A stretch of DNA of 64,000 bases from a virus (IMGVR_UViG_3300032138_000002:64001-128000), one strand, 5' to 3'; shown: positions 18,011-30,000, numbered from the stretch's first letter. The notes: generated from the letters alone by a model not told the origin. Translations and numbers: made by a program.

Positions 18011-18988
18011 TTATGAGTTTATCTTCAGGAATCTTACTGGGATGTCAATTCTATATCCCGTGGTTACACCTGTTACTTTAATCGTTGTATCAATATAATT
18101 CGTAATCGCTGTGTCACCGTTAACTCTTGTAAAGTTTGCGGTGGTCGAGACCGTTCCCATCTTTTCAAATAAAGTGTCACTGCGTTGGAGTTCTATAGTT
18201 GCTAAAAGTTTGAATTCCAACTTGGTTCCGCGGGGGCCGCGGATTGTTTCAGTGGCCTCGCTTGTGGTATCTGTGCTACTAATTCGAGAAACAAAGTTAC
18301 CATCGGAACCGAGCGAAACATAATAAGTTGCGATCTGGTCGTCGTCCACAAATGATTTGCGGGCGGGTGTTCCAGTCGTGGATACAACCGTTCCCAAACG
18401 ATCATCGATCTCCAGGAGATATTGTGTCTCTACCAAGTCTCTGTCAAGGGGGATTTTGGGATCAATGTCGGCGGTGTCCAAGCCCTGGTCCAATCGGATA
18501 TGTGATCCGACCCTAGGGTTAATTCCGTTCATCATCCCGTTACCACTTGTAAATAGGCCCGGGTTTGATGTCGCATCCTCTAAGCGAGAGGTTGTCTCGT
18601 CGGAAAGAATAATGAACTTTTCATTAGCTTGTGCTGTGCGCTCGTTACGCTGTGTGTCTTTCATTGTCTCGTTCAATTTAGTAATTGGCAGATACAACAA
18701 GTCAGTGCGGGGGATAGAAACAAGTTTAGATTTCAAAAAAGAAGTGTTATTTGTGAAAGCTTCCAATATAGGGGTTTGCAAAATCTCCAAATCATAATAA
18801 GCGGAGCCACTTGGGTGGGCGCCCTTTGAATTGTTTGAATTGCGGAAAAGTTCATAATTAATTTCGTCATCTCCCAGTGCAAATTTTGTAATGGCGAAAG
18901 TACCATCCCCCTTCGCTAAGCGAAAGCGGCCCGTGTCGGTTAAAACTGCATCCAGAATGATGTCTCCTGAGTTATCTAAAAATCCCAT
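18011..18988 (-). CDS. Virion/baseplate protein with tail-collar-like N-terminal motif
   Basis: LTDTGRFRLAKG...ITKFALGDDEINY; paralog of 26022-27020. Confidence 0.7.
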   Translation of the reverse strand: MGFLDNSGDIILDAVLTDTGRFRLAKGDGTFAITKFALGDDEINYELFRNSNNSKGAHPSGSAYYDLEILQTPILEAFTNNTSFLKSKLVSIPRTDLLYLPITKLNETMKDTQRNERTAQANEKFIILSDETTSRLEDATSNPGLFTSGNGMMNGINPRVGSHIRLDQGLDTADIDPKIPLDRDLVETQYLLEIDDRLGTVVSTTGTPARKSFVDDDQIATYYVSLGSDGNFVSRISSTDTTSEATETIRGPRGTKLEFKLLATIELQRSDTLFEKMGTVSTTANFTRVNGDTAITNYIDTTIKVTGVTTGYRIDIPVRFLKINS

Positions 18989-19012
18989 ATTTATTCTCCC
19001 GTGAATTCAAAA

Positions 19013-19036
19013 TAATTAGTTATTCCTTTTAAATAG
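19013..19036 (-). promoter_or_regulatory. Tandem putative late-promoter motifs (CTATTTA, CTAATTA)
   Basis: The same motif recurs in most intergenic gaps upstream of structural genes. Confidence 0.6.
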
Positions 19037-19066
19037 TCCATATTTTATAAAAAAACTAAAGGGTTA

Positions 19067-22000
19067 CTAACATGTCTCCGTTATTTGTGATTGTTGCGTA
19101 GTCTCAACATTTTTCAAAGTGCACGACAAGTTGATGTCTAATTTTTTACAACTGTTTTTTGACGTCAATCTTATCTTAAATTTCTTGCTGTTGTCAAAGA
19201 TACTTTCATCGGCCACCCCTAGTTTAATTTGTCCAGATTTTCCGCCAATAGTAATCTCCCCATTTTCGTTGGGTGTCACGCCAGAATCTTCCAAGTTCAA
19301 CATTACTTGTTGCAGAGCCGGCTTTATTAATAATAATTTTCTTGCAGGGATAGATGTCTTCGGTTGGAGTTTTTTAAAGTCATAAAGTTTCATATCGAGG
19401 TAAGTGATTCCATCCGTCGAAACTAATTGTACCTCATGAATTGCAGTAGGATTGGAGATATTTCCGTGGATATCGGCCATCCTAAAAATATAATAATATT
19501 TTGTGTTAGGTTTAAGAGTATCACGAAATCCATCAGATGTTATGTCTTCTAATAATATTTTTTTATAAAATTCTGCATTTCTGAAATCTCCATAACTCTC
19601 GGGAGGCACTTCGGTCCTGAATATTTCAAAAGCTGATGGGGGATCATCGGACACATATTGGATTTTGTCTGTGGCTTTAAGAGTAAGTTCATCGAAAATT
19701 GTTTTTTGATTTTCGTAATATTTTTGAATTACTGGACCGTCGCTCTCTAAAATAGCAATCGGCGTTTGATAAACAGGGCCGCCCACTGTAGAACGGAAAT
19801 TGATGAGCAATTTATTGTTGACACTCTTATAGGGGACCAATTCCACCTCGGGTGCCATCGGTGGTTTATTCCTAACAAGCATCTCCGTCGTATAATAAGG
19901 AAGTTCAAATATTTTCATGCATGGGTAAGAATCAGCAATAATTTTAAGGGAGGTGGTGATATCCCAATTTATGCCCCCTTCAGATGCGTTAGGCTGATCG
20001 GACTGGGCTACGGGGGACATGTTGTCGGTAGAAAAGCCAAAGGCGGATCCGCCTAACTGAGTTAATATTTTGTCGACTGCTTGTTCCATTTGAGCCGCGG
20101 TCCCACAGGTATACGTGTCACCAGTAAGACCATTTAATTCGAAACCTCTATAGTAATACTTGGTACCAAAAACCATCCGCTGAGCATATATATTATACGT
20201 ATACATTTTAGATTGCTTCACGCGAGTATCTATATAATGTAAAAACTCCATTTCAGAATCGACCGCGCAATAAAAGTTACCTTCGACTTCGCCCGTTTTT
20301 TTATCAATCTTCTCAATTCTATAACCTATGGTTTCGGAAGTCGCTTTCGAGGGTTTTTTTAAAATTTCCCCTAAAGTGCGCGTAGATGTCACAAATTTTT
20401 CAAAGACATCACTATAACGTGAGTTAGTATAAAGTTTCTGGATTTCCGATTTGGAAAACGTATCGCTTGCATTGTCTCCGAGATCCCCAGTTGCAACAAT
20501 AGGCAGGTTACGCGGATATTTACTTTGGTAAGCCGGGTTCGGACTCTCTCTTACCCCATAATAGTCTTCACCAAACAAAGACCCGTAAAGTAAAAATTTC
20601 ATGAAATCTAAACTATCATAGTCCAGAGCGTTTCCCGTTGCGGCCGCATATCCCGGAGAGCCGGGATTTAATATAATCAAGCTGTATTTATCCCAATCAT
20701 TCGAAATGAGGCCTTCTTCCTCTTCCGGAAAGCCTTCTAAATACGACGGATTAAAATTATGAGTAGGGACTTTGTACCCGGCAGCACGCTGGAGATATTT
20801 ATTGTAAACTTTTAACAACGCTAGTTGCAAGGAGCCGCCCATTTTGTTAGGGCCCCGTCCGAGAAAATCTGCAAAGGGGACCGGCGTGTGGTCGCCTGTG
20901 GCATTGTCCCCCATTCCATTAATGACCTTATATGGGGACGCCTTAGGATCTTCCAACTTTATAACAAGCGCGTTGTACATGGGGAAAAGGCTCTTCTTCT
21001 GTTTGGCGGTGCTTAAAATGTCTTTTATTCCCGAAGCGGGAGTTAACAACAAATCGCGAGTATTATATAAAGTAGCATTTAATGCCGCAGGGCCGAAACC
21101 TGGTTCATCAACATCCGTTAGATATTTGGAACTTAAAATACAAGCCCACCGTTCAAAATATTGCCCGAAATCTCTTTCTCTTGTTTCCCCGATAGCATTC
21201 CGATTAATTTTTTGTACGGACCCAGGAACGTTGGGCTTGCCAGTAAGAATGTCCGTAAACACTCCCTCGACATTTCCATTAAGGGTTAAGAAGTTGTGGT
21301 AGACGTCAGTCAACCATTCCCGACTCGGGTTTTGCTCATCAAAGTCAAAAACCCCATTTTGCATATTGAGTTGTCCAGTGGATGGGGATGGGGAGTATTC
21401 CTCTGCGATGGCGATATTGATGTCTGGTAATACCCTTTCTGGAACGATTGGTGAGTTGATGGCCTCCTCATAACTCTTAATAAATCCATTATATTGTGCC
21501 GTCTCTTCTATGGGAAGGGCCGATGCGCCAAATCCGTCTTTGGAAGAATTGGGCGTAGGGAAATTGGTAGTAAAGTCATAAAAAGGCTTATTAAGTTGTG
21601 GCAAGAGATTAAAATAAAGTTTCCGGAGAGGTTCCTTAAGTTGTTCTTTGAGTTCCTCTATATTGGGATTATCCGCAGATGTTGTGCGTTGGTTAATCAC
21701 ATAAATCTCTTCTCGGACTGCCAGTGAGTTTAAATTAAAAGAACCTGTTCCTACAGTATTCAGGTTGTCCTCGTAGATTTGCAAAGTTTTGTTAAACACT
21801 CCAAACTGTGCTAGCTCTGGACCCCAAGCGTGTTGGAGCCACTCAGCCTCCGCCTGTGCATAAACCTCATCATACTGTTCTTGAGTATTTTCCCACGTTC
21901 CTGCATCTTGCAGACTTACTATCTTTTGGAGGACTATTTTTTGTATATGACCGCCTGATAGGCCATTTTCGACGCCCGAACCGTAGACATCTGTAACAAT

Positions 22001-23419
22001 TGGGCTAAGCTTGGTGACGCCGGTTGGGAGCGGCAAGGACTGGTTAACACTATTGATACGTGTGTTTTTAGTAGTAAAATTACTATTAGGATTGTTTTGA
22101 AGCAGTTGTTCGCAATTGGCCATGCGCGTTTTTAAATTATAGAGGAGATCATCCCATGATTTATTTTTTTCGTATATTTTTTCCCCCGTTGACCAAGGCG
22201 TGTCTAATGGAGAGGGTAAGGTTGCAGGTCCCCCACCAGCTTTATATGCGGCCCATTCTTGATCAAAAGCTTCTGTTTTGACGATGGTTTCATTAGCGTG
22301 TGGTACCTCAGTATAATCTCCGGGTTGAACCGTAACGAATTCCATGTCGGGGTGCCAGTCTTTAGGAAATAAAAATCGTGTAGGGCACATAACAATACTA
22401 TCATCAGTAATTGCGCCGGGTGGGAGCGGGGTGCCTTGCAAATTGGGACCATTTAAAACCGCTATTTGGTACCAATCATATTCGTTGGGAGAAAAAACCA
22501 ACTTGTCTCCGGTGGTCAACACATAAGATGTTTTGTTTTCGAGCGATTGAAATTCAGGCGGTCTCGAAGTTGCGCGATATTGAAAGTCTGCGGCTAGATC
22601 CTCATCAATATCATTAACATAGTCGGTGTAGGCTATAGCATCATTTGAAGTCACACTCGACCAAAAAGCTCCAGTGAACATTCGAACGGGGTCAGATGGC
22701 AAATAAGCGCCGCCGGCGGCGCCCTTTACTTGCATAAGAAACTCTAGAAAATTTACGCCAGTCGGAGTTTCTTGTTTAAACCACTTTAAGAGATCTAGTC
22801 GACTATAAGTCCCATTCCAAAATACATCCTTACCAGGAGTGGCGGGAGCTTTTTCTGCCTCCGCGGTCACGTACTGAATATACATGTCTAGCATATCTTT
22901 ATCTAGGACTAGGGCCTTGCTGTTAGGTGCATCATAGGCGTTCTGAGTTAACACTGTTGTTTTATCTGCGGGAATGGGGTTCCCGGGAGCCCCTATTCCA
23001 CCTTCGCCGACAACCTTAGCGGAACCGCCGGGGCCACTGAGGTCTAAACCTGCCGGATTAGCTACATTTTTGCCCGGGCCGGGTGTTGTTTCTGGTACTT
23101 TAGGTACTTTGTTGGCTTCATTAAAAGCATCCTCTATAGCTTTTGCTGCTGCCGCGGCTGCAGCGGCAGCTTGCATTCCCTCTTCTTGTGCTTTGACTTT
23201 TTGGCTTTCGGCTTCCGAAACCGCTGTCGCTGTTGTAGTTCCGTCCGTTGTATTGGTTTTAGCCGGGGCGGCCGCACCAGAACCCAGGCCTGCCGCTTGA
23301 TTTCCTTTGGTGTCGCCGTTAAGGTCAAGGTTACCTCGTTTATTGCCACCGCGCGGCGCCGGTGTTTTAGGAAGCGGCTGCGGTGGAAATGGTGGAAATG
23401 TTGGTGGGAGATTAGCCAT
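19067..23419 (-). CDS. Large virion structural protein; Pro/Ala/Gly-rich N-terminus, FN3-like C-terminal region
   Basis: 1450 aa in the baseplate cluster; PPMAPEV...DTLKPNTKYYYIFR...GNISNPT pattern. Confidence 0.55.
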   Translation of the reverse strand: MANLPPTFPPFPPQPLPKTPAPRGGNKRGNLDLNGDTKGNQAAGLGSGAAAPAKTNTTDGTTTATAVSEAESQKVKAQEEGMQAAAAAAAAAKAIEDAFNEANKVPKVPETTPGPGKNVANPAGLDLSGPGGSAKVVGEGGIGAPGNPIPADKTTVLTQNAYDAPNSKALVLDKDMLDMYIQYVTAEAEKAPATPGKDVFWNGTYSRLDLLKWFKQETPTGVNFLEFLMQVKGAAGGAYLPSDPVRMFTGAFWSSVTSNDAIAYTDYVNDIDEDLAADFQYRATSRPPEFQSLENKTSYVLTTGDKLVFSPNEYDWYQIAVLNGPNLQGTPLPPGAITDDSIVMCPTRFLFPKDWHPDMEFVTVQPGDYTEVPHANETIVKTEAFDQEWAAYKAGGGPATLPSPLDTPWSTGEKIYEKNKSWDDLLYNLKTRMANCEQLLQNNPNSNFTTKNTRINSVNQSLPLPTGVTKLSPIVTDVYGSGVENGLSGGHIQKIVLQKIVSLQDAGTWENTQEQYDEVYAQAEAEWLQHAWGPELAQFGVFNKTLQIYEDNLNTVGTGSFNLNSLAVREEIYVINQRTTSADNPNIEELKEQLKEPLRKLYFNLLPQLNKPFYDFTTNFPTPNSSKDGFGASALPIEETAQYNGFIKSYEEAINSPIVPERVLPDINIAIAEEYSPSPSTGQLNMQNGVFDFDEQNPSREWLTDVYHNFLTLNGNVEGVFTDILTGKPNVPGSVQKINRNAIGETRERDFGQYFERWACILSSKYLTDVDEPGFGPAALNATLYNTRDLLLTPASGIKDILSTAKQKKSLFPMYNALVIKLEDPKASPYKVINGMGDNATGDHTPVPFADFLGRGPNKMGGSLQLALLKVYNKYLQRAAGYKVPTHNFNPSYLEGFPEEEEGLISNDWDKYSLIILNPGSPGYAAATGNALDYDSLDFMKFLLYGSLFGEDYYGVRESPNPAYQSKYPRNLPIVATGDLGDNASDTFSKSEIQKLYTNSRYSDVFEKFVTSTRTLGEILKKPSKATSETIGYRIEKIDKKTGEVEGNFYCAVDSEMEFLHYIDTRVKQSKMYTYNIYAQRMVFGTKYYYRGFELNGLTGDTYTCGTAAQMEQAVDKILTQLGGSAFGFSTDNMSPVAQSDQPNASEGGINWDITTSLKIIADSYPCMKIFELPYYTTEMLVRNKPPMAPEVELVPYKSVNNKLLINFRSTVGGPVYQTPIAILESDGPVIQKYYENQKTIFDELTLKATDKIQYVSDDPPSAFEIFRTEVPPESYGDFRNAEFYKKILLEDITSDGFRDTLKPNTKYYYIFRMADIHGNISNPTAIHEVQLVSTDGITYLDMKLYDFKKLQPKTSIPARKLLLIKPALQQVMLNLEDSGVTPNENGEITIGGKSGQIKLGVADESIFDNSKKFKIRLTSKNSCKKLDINLSCTLKNVETTQQSQITETC

Positions 23420-23421
23420 TA

Positions 23422-26028
23422 TTAATCCTCCACCGTAAATACGGTATCGATTTGCATGTTTTTATCAAAGGGGTCATCGAATATTCCTGCTTTTTTGTCT
23501 ACCAGCGGTCTCAAGCGGCAAAGGTCACCCGGAATTAATTCCATCGGAGAACTCACTTGTTTATAAATAGCCTTCTTTGCTTTTTGCAAATCTCCAGCGA
23601 CTGTTGCATATCGAACAAACTTTTCAATTACCACAGGCTTCATCTGTTCTGAGGCCTGTTTCCGGGGATTATAATTATCAAACAATTTTTGCAAAACTAT
23701 ATGTGGATTTTTACCTTTGTTTTTAGCCCGGCTCAATGCGGCATCCAATTGAAGTTGATCTCCATAATTTAAAGATCCTGTCATATCGGTGGTTTCGTCG
23801 AGAACCGAAACATATTCGTCGGCTTCTCGTTTAGAATCGTATTGATAAATATTATCAACAGTTATACTATTTTTGCTTCCCCACTCTATTAATTTTAACG
23901 TTGCCGTATTGTCGTTAGTTCCGATATTCTCGACGCTACGGATTTTTGTAGCAACCTTGCTGTCTTCTTTGATCAAGGCAATATCAATATTAAGCGACGG
24001 GGGAATCGGGTTTTCTCCCAGTTCTTGTTGTAAAGAGCCCGGGCCCAATGGGATAGCCTGCGGGAGCAGGAATGACCCGGGGATGGTAGTACTAGGGCCG
24101 CGGGTGCTTTGGGCCACTAGAGGTGGTGTCAAGGCCGTCAGAGTGCTAAGGCTTACCGTCGACGGGCCAACATTCTTTGTTGAAACGTCCATATATTTTC
24201 TTCCGAAATTTTTGGGGGCGTTAAGACTTATTTTGTCTTCTTTAAACCACTTTTCCCTAACAATTGTTCTGGAACCCCTAGAGCCCTCAACATTGGTCGC
24301 CACCAAGTCACCTTTAAGAAACTTTTTATTTTGGCCGGCATTGTTCTTGCCCAAAATCTGTCCGACCCGGGTTAACAATTGTCGATTAAATTCAATGAGT
24401 TTGCTCATATTGGCCGGCGTCGTGCAGGAAATGTTAAGCAGTTGAGACATTTTAGTCACATTGATTGGATTAGAAGAAAACATGTTCAAAACTTCTACAT
24501 GTGCTAACAGCGCGTTGGTGATTTTCTGTTGGTCTGACCGGTAGACCTCCTCGGCTGTGGAACTATATCTCCCCTGTTCCTTATTAAACATTCCTTTCTG
24601 TGTGGTTCGATCATAAAAAGAAGTAAACACATCATCGATCTCGTTTAATTGGCGATATTTTGGTTCTAAGACTGGAGCGAGAGGGTCTGTTACCTCTATT
24701 TTGAAAGAGTATGTATATGTGCCGGCAGTTTTAGTAGCCGCTTCATAATCGGTTCCGGAGAACATGCGAATTTTAGTTGTTTCAGTATTTCTTCGTGTTT
24801 CTTTTATTCCGCCAATCTGTTGCCGAACTCCGTTAACTCCTTCTGTTTCCATTATTTCTGTGTTTCGGCCTATTAAATCCGAAAATGTAGCCACCAGATG
24901 TGGTTCTTCATCAGGACTATTGCGAAAAATGCTTAATTGTTTTATTTGAAAGCCGCGCAATAGCTGCTCCTGCGTCGTATCAAAGTGTTGTAGAGTTGCG
25001 CCGCGGCTTATTTGAGAAAGCAGCGTTTCCATATCCAATGAAAAGACAAAATTTACTTGTTTTTCCAAGTCTCTCGTTAATTGAAAATCTATAAATATTG
25101 GGGCGTTTTTAGCGTGGAGTGTGTGATTATCTGTGCGCACCTCATCAGATTGGTACCACGCAGGTTTCCCGATATTATTTTGCGCGGCTGTGCGGGGAGT
25201 TTTAGCCTGTGAGGCCGCCTTAGGGGTCATCCATAAAGGTTGAATTGGTGGCATATAATACAACATATCCAACACACGTAGGTCTTGTACTAAAGGGTCC
25301 ATAACGGCCAGGCCCCCTTGAATCACACTTTTATAAGCAGGGAAGCCGGCCGAAACCTTGTTCATCGTCGGAGAAGAGGACATGTCCAAAAACGGAACTA
25401 CAATGAACATCATAAAGCTTGTGGAGGCCGGGGCGGTAAATAACGTAGAGGCCGTAAATGGGAGATCAATAACAATTTTCCCGTTAGTTGTGTTAGTCCG
25501 CCGTTGGAGGCGCGCGAGTTTTTGTTTTAAAACAGAGGAATCAACGCTAATAATTTCATGTTCATACCCGGTAGATTTCCCATTTTGGCGCGGACCTACG
25601 GCGCCAATGGTTGTAGCCGTTGTGGCTGTAGTTACGCTAGTGGGTGTGATCAGTTGATCTAAACTTCTGTAATGATTTAAAATATATTGGGCCGAGTGAG
25701 GTGACGAACTTTTAGGAAGGGCCCGATAAAGTTTTTCGTCTGTTATCTTCAGGACCAAATAATTCATGCTCTCGGCAATACCTTTTTTGTATAACCAACC
25801 AGTTGTTACCTTCTCTTTATTATTCCTACCAATAACCATTTCGCTAAAAAAGCTGACGCGGGCTTTAATATCATTAGCCCCTTTGCCTGCAATGGTAACC
25901 ATTATATCTTTAACATTAGGTATGCTAGTTTCGCGATTTCCGGTGCGTGATAAATCAGTTCTACGCAAACCTTCGGGAGGAATAATTCGATTCACACGGT
26001 TTCTGTCGTTCGGTGGTGTCATCAGCAA
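23422..26028 (-). CDS. Hypothetical virion structural protein (868 aa)
   Basis: Long ORF tightly packed within the structural cluster; no family recognised. Confidence 0.55.
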   Translation of the reverse strand: MLMTPPNDRNRVNRIIPPEGLRRTDLSRTGNRETSIPNVKDIMVTIAGKGANDIKARVSFFSEMVIGRNNKEKVTTGWLYKKGIAESMNYLVLKITDEKLYRALPKSSSPHSAQYILNHYRSLDQLITPTSVTTATTATTIGAVGPRQNGKSTGYEHEIISVDSSVLKQKLARLQRRTNTTNGKIVIDLPFTASTLFTAPASTSFMMFIVVPFLDMSSSPTMNKVSAGFPAYKSVIQGGLAVMDPLVQDLRVLDMLYYMPPIQPLWMTPKAASQAKTPRTAAQNNIGKPAWYQSDEVRTDNHTLHAKNAPIFIDFQLTRDLEKQVNFVFSLDMETLLSQISRGATLQHFDTTQEQLLRGFQIKQLSIFRNSPDEEPHLVATFSDLIGRNTEIMETEGVNGVRQQIGGIKETRRNTETTKIRMFSGTDYEAATKTAGTYTYSFKIEVTDPLAPVLEPKYRQLNEIDDVFTSFYDRTTQKGMFNKEQGRYSSTAEEVYRSDQQKITNALLAHVEVLNMFSSNPINVTKMSQLLNISCTTPANMSKLIEFNRQLLTRVGQILGKNNAGQNKKFLKGDLVATNVEGSRGSRTIVREKWFKEDKISLNAPKNFGRKYMDVSTKNVGPSTVSLSTLTALTPPLVAQSTRGPSTTIPGSFLLPQAIPLGPGSLQQELGENPIPPSLNIDIALIKEDSKVATKIRSVENIGTNDNTATLKLIEWGSKNSITVDNIYQYDSKREADEYVSVLDETTDMTGSLNYGDQLQLDAALSRAKNKGKNPHIVLQKLFDNYNPRKQASEQMKPVVIEKFVRYATVAGDLQKAKKAIYKQVSSPMELIPGDLCRLRPLVDKKAGIFDDPFDKNMQIDTVFTVED

Positions 26029-27020
26029 ACGTCTCCGGGATCTTCAGGATCAATGTCATAAATATCTTTAGGTGATGTATCCCCTGATAAATCCTGTTGT
26101 GTATCATCGCAAGCGATGATTTTGTCCGAGAGAGCATTTTGTTTTTTACTAAACTCATGTTTCTCGGGAAGTTGACACAAAATTGTATTAGGAACTTGTT
26201 CATCGGTCATAATATCAAAATAATATTCCACAGTGTCGGGATTGTCGGTATCTAATTCTCCAGAAAAATAGAGTTGTTTTAAAACCGTCTTACTGTTTTG
26301 AGTTTCTTCTACAAAAACTTCAATATCAAAATTTTCTGTCAAGAAATCTGTGTTCTTTTCTAAAATAGATAAAATGAGGCCGTCATCTTTAATTTGAATG
26401 GTGCCTCCGTCATCGAACTCCAAAGTCTCCTCAAGATCACCTAAAAGTGGATCCCAATCATCATCGTTAGGAAATGTCTGTTTGTTGGCGAGTGGGTTTT
26501 CAATGAGATTTCCCTGAGCATTATATTGTGTAACATAAGTTTCGAAAGCAATTGTAGAGTTAAGTTGTGGAATATTTAAATTTCTGCCGCCTGCACCGGT
26601 AATATAATTTTCAGAAGTATTCAATTCCCCGAACAAATATTGTACGTCCCACGCTGGTGCAAAGTTGCCTGATAATGCGCAGTTTCCTAGCGGCACCCCC
26701 AGAGCGTATTCCTTCTCACTTAAGTTTTGTGTCTTAATTTGCATATTCATACCGGCAGTATTATTAAAGTCGCTGTCGCGGAGGTTTTCCTCGATGCCTC
26801 TAAAAACATGTTGAGTATGTAATCGGGGAGTTTTAGTTTTAATTCGCGTCTCCGCCCCATTCTGGGATTCCGTAATCCCGCCGGCGTTCCCATCATATAA
26901 AATGTCATCATCAAAAAATGCATAATAAACCGGTTGCATTTTTCCTTGGGCCAACAGGCGCTTGCCAAATTGGGTAAGCTGAATATCGAGGACATCTTCT
27001 TGAGGGTTAAAAAATTTCAT
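26022..27020 (-). CDS. Virion/baseplate protein with tail-collar-like N-terminal motif
   Basis: LTQFGKRLLAQG...YYAFFDDDILY matches the N-terminus of 18011-18988. Confidence 0.65.
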   Translation of the reverse strand: MKFFNPQEDVLDIQLTQFGKRLLAQGKMQPVYYAFFDDDILYDGNAGGITESQNGAETRIKTKTPRLHTQHVFRGIEENLRDSDFNNTAGMNMQIKTQNLSEKEYALGVPLGNCALSGNFAPAWDVQYLFGELNTSENYITGAGGRNLNIPQLNSTIAFETYVTQYNAQGNLIENPLANKQTFPNDDDWDPLLGDLEETLEFDDGGTIQIKDDGLILSILEKNTDFLTENFDIEVFVEETQNSKTVLKQLYFSGELDTDNPDTVEYYFDIMTDEQVPNTILCQLPEKHEFSKKQNALSDKIIACDDTQQDLSGDTSPKDIYDIDPEDPGDVC

Positions 27021-27033
27021 AGTCTTTCAATAA

Positions 27034-30000
27034 TTACTCGGAATTATCCTTTTTTGTGAACTCTATTTCGGTATCAACCTTGGCTAGTTCCACCAATGAG
27101 AAGAAGTCATAAGGCCAGTTATAACTGTAATTTGGAGTTTTCTTTTCTCCGCCAACTTCGAATTGGAAAGCAAAACGGTCATCGTCGGTAGAATCTGCTG
27201 TCGCTGCATAGTAGTTAGAAGCGGCTCGGCGTTTAACCTTAAATATCATCCACTGAGTTTCCGCGGGGGGCGCTTTGCCTCCGAAGAACTCATTAGAAGT
27301 CATCTCGTGGGATATCGAAACTGATTGTTTTTCTGCTGTCTTGGCGATTTTGGGCATTAGATTTTGCCAAATATCAGAGAGATCCTCACGGTCCAAATCA
27401 TGTGTAAATTCAAACATATACATTGCAAATGGGGAAATTTTAGTATCTGTCAAGAAATCTAAATGTGGGGGGATCACATATTTTTCCATCGTTTCGACCA
27501 TATGAACAATGGAATCGCCCGGGATACGATTAGTTGTTTCTAATCTTTCAATTTCCCGTTTATTAGCAATACCTCGAACATACTTGATTTGTGATTTCAA
27601 AAGAGGAAAGAATTTTCTTTTTCCTTTCTTTTGCACAAAAGGAATAGCAACAACACATTCTCCAATCTCTTTTTTGCTCGCGAGTTCCCCAACTCGTTTT
27701 TTTGTACCTTCAAATCCGCACACGTCTAGAAGAGACCCCGTATTTGTACTTTCTAGCGTGTTGACCTTATCCGGAAAACTTTCTTTAATGCCTAAGAAAA
27801 TGCCTGCGGATCCGCTTGGAACATAACCGTATTGTCCCCAAATAGTGGTGGCTTGGCTTCCTGACGAGTATGGAGTTTCTCCGGTTTCTGCTATATATTG
27901 TGATAGGTTATTGTTGGCCGATTGAGTGAAATTTAGAGTTGGGCATTCGAATTTTGGACTGATTGTCCACACATCGTATGAAGAATCCGACGCATCTTCG
28001 GCTGTGGATGCCACAAACTCATCGCCGGAGGTTTCGCCGGCCTCGTATGTAACTTTTTTGACACTCGTTTTGCCAAATAAATTTACTGAAGATGTCAACC
28101 TCATTTGTGACAGACCCGCGGTGTGGCCGTTGTCGGTAGCTCGTCGCAACCACTCCGTATCGTCATTAGCACTAGATGTAAATATAGTTTCTATTTTGCA
28201 CCCTGCTAATATCTCGTCTAAAGTAAAAAATTTAGTTTCATTTTCTAGGAGAGCCTCATGTTGGTGTGGGGTAAAGGCCACGCGTGCTACCGCAGAACCA
28301 TAAAAATAAGGGGGAGTAAAGGGGGCAAAAGCAGGGTCGGTGACATTTATAGATTCTGCATAATATCCTGGAGGTTTAAGTGGGTGAGACACTTCGCTGG
28401 AACTCACAAACTGGCATGGGGGGCCAAAAAATGTCCCACGATAGTTTCTGCTGCCCGTTACATAAGTGCGCATATCATCCGAACCAGTAGTTTCCAAAAC
28501 AACAATATCGGTTAGCCCCTCGCTCATTACAAAATCCGAACTCTTACGTAGCTCTACATCCATATAATAAGTGGATCCCGATTGCATACTTTTAAAAGTT
28601 CTTTCAGGTTTAGAGGTGAGGTTTACAAACCTTGAATTATTTAAGAAAAATTGTGGAATTTCGGCTAAAAAGTTATTCATCGCCAGGGGATAGTTAAGCT
28701 TATTTTCTCCGTTCCAGTCAAAAAAGGAGTTATCTGTGGTTGGCCCGTATAGCGATGCAGTGGGTCTGTGTGGATATTGCATGTATATCGCGCTGGAGCC
28801 ATCTGATGCCGAGGGTGGTAGATAACGACTTGGGTCTACCAAAGCTTCGAATGGAAGTCGATAATTGAATAAACCGCCCGCTCCAGACAAATATCCTAGT
28901 CCGGTGGAGGCGTTGGCGTCATCAACATTCGGGCCTAAAGTTCCAGAACCCAGTGATCCGGTTACGGTAGGCCAATCTACTGCAATACCACTCTTTATTG
29001 AGTTGTACAGGATGCCCGGAGCGAAAAATGGTTGCATTAAAGATATAAGACGTTCTGCGTCGTAAGATCCCGTTTTAGTCAATGATGATCCCGATATGTT
29101 CTCCCCAAACGACCGAGAGAGTTCACTGCCCAATTGTACGCTGCGGAGAACCGGATAAAAACCATTATAGGGCAATAATTTTTTAACCCCTTCGCACGTC
29201 AAAGTAATTTTATTAACTTTGTTATTTTCTTCTTTGAATTCTCCAAAATGTTTCATAAAGTCTGTATTACTATAAATTTGGAAAAAGTTTTCATTATAAC
29301 TAGATGTCGGAGTGTCTGCGCTGGCTGATACCGCGGTTCCGTTAAGCGTTAGAAATCGATTATTAAAAGAAAAACCATTATCAATATAGTGATCCATATG
29401 TTCTGATATGCGGAATTCTGGTACCACACTATAGTTTTTACCGAATGTCCGGATGTCCGATGCGTAGTCCTCATAGGTATCGTGCCATGGCGCATTGTCA
29501 GACATCACATCAGCATTCCAAAACCCGCCGCTGGGGATAGTGGAGGAAACACTAGGGTTGGTGATACCTTGTTTGAGAAAAAGCCCGGGGTATTTTATAG
29601 TGTTGAACGCTGGGTCACCACGGAGCGCGCCGGCGCTGGAAGAGTATAATATTGCCCAATTATTAAAGTAAATATACGATTGAGAGGCCGTCAGGGGACC
29701 TTGCCAGCCGCCGTCCGCATATTGCCCCGAAGCTCCATAAGTATAGGGAAAGCTACTTGTGGCTGTAGCTCTCAACCATTGTCGCCACATAGAGTTATAT
29801 AATTCACCATTTGGATATTGCCGTAAAATATACGGGAAACTACCGGTTCCGGTGAACCATTGGTTTGAATCCAAAGGCCATGCAGATAGGCCGAGCTTCC
29901 ACATAGCCATTCTGTCATTCTTGGGTACATCCCCCGAGAGAAAATAGTTAAGCGAGGCTGAACCCACATACTGAGACAGTGTGGTGCCCATAGAGTTTTT

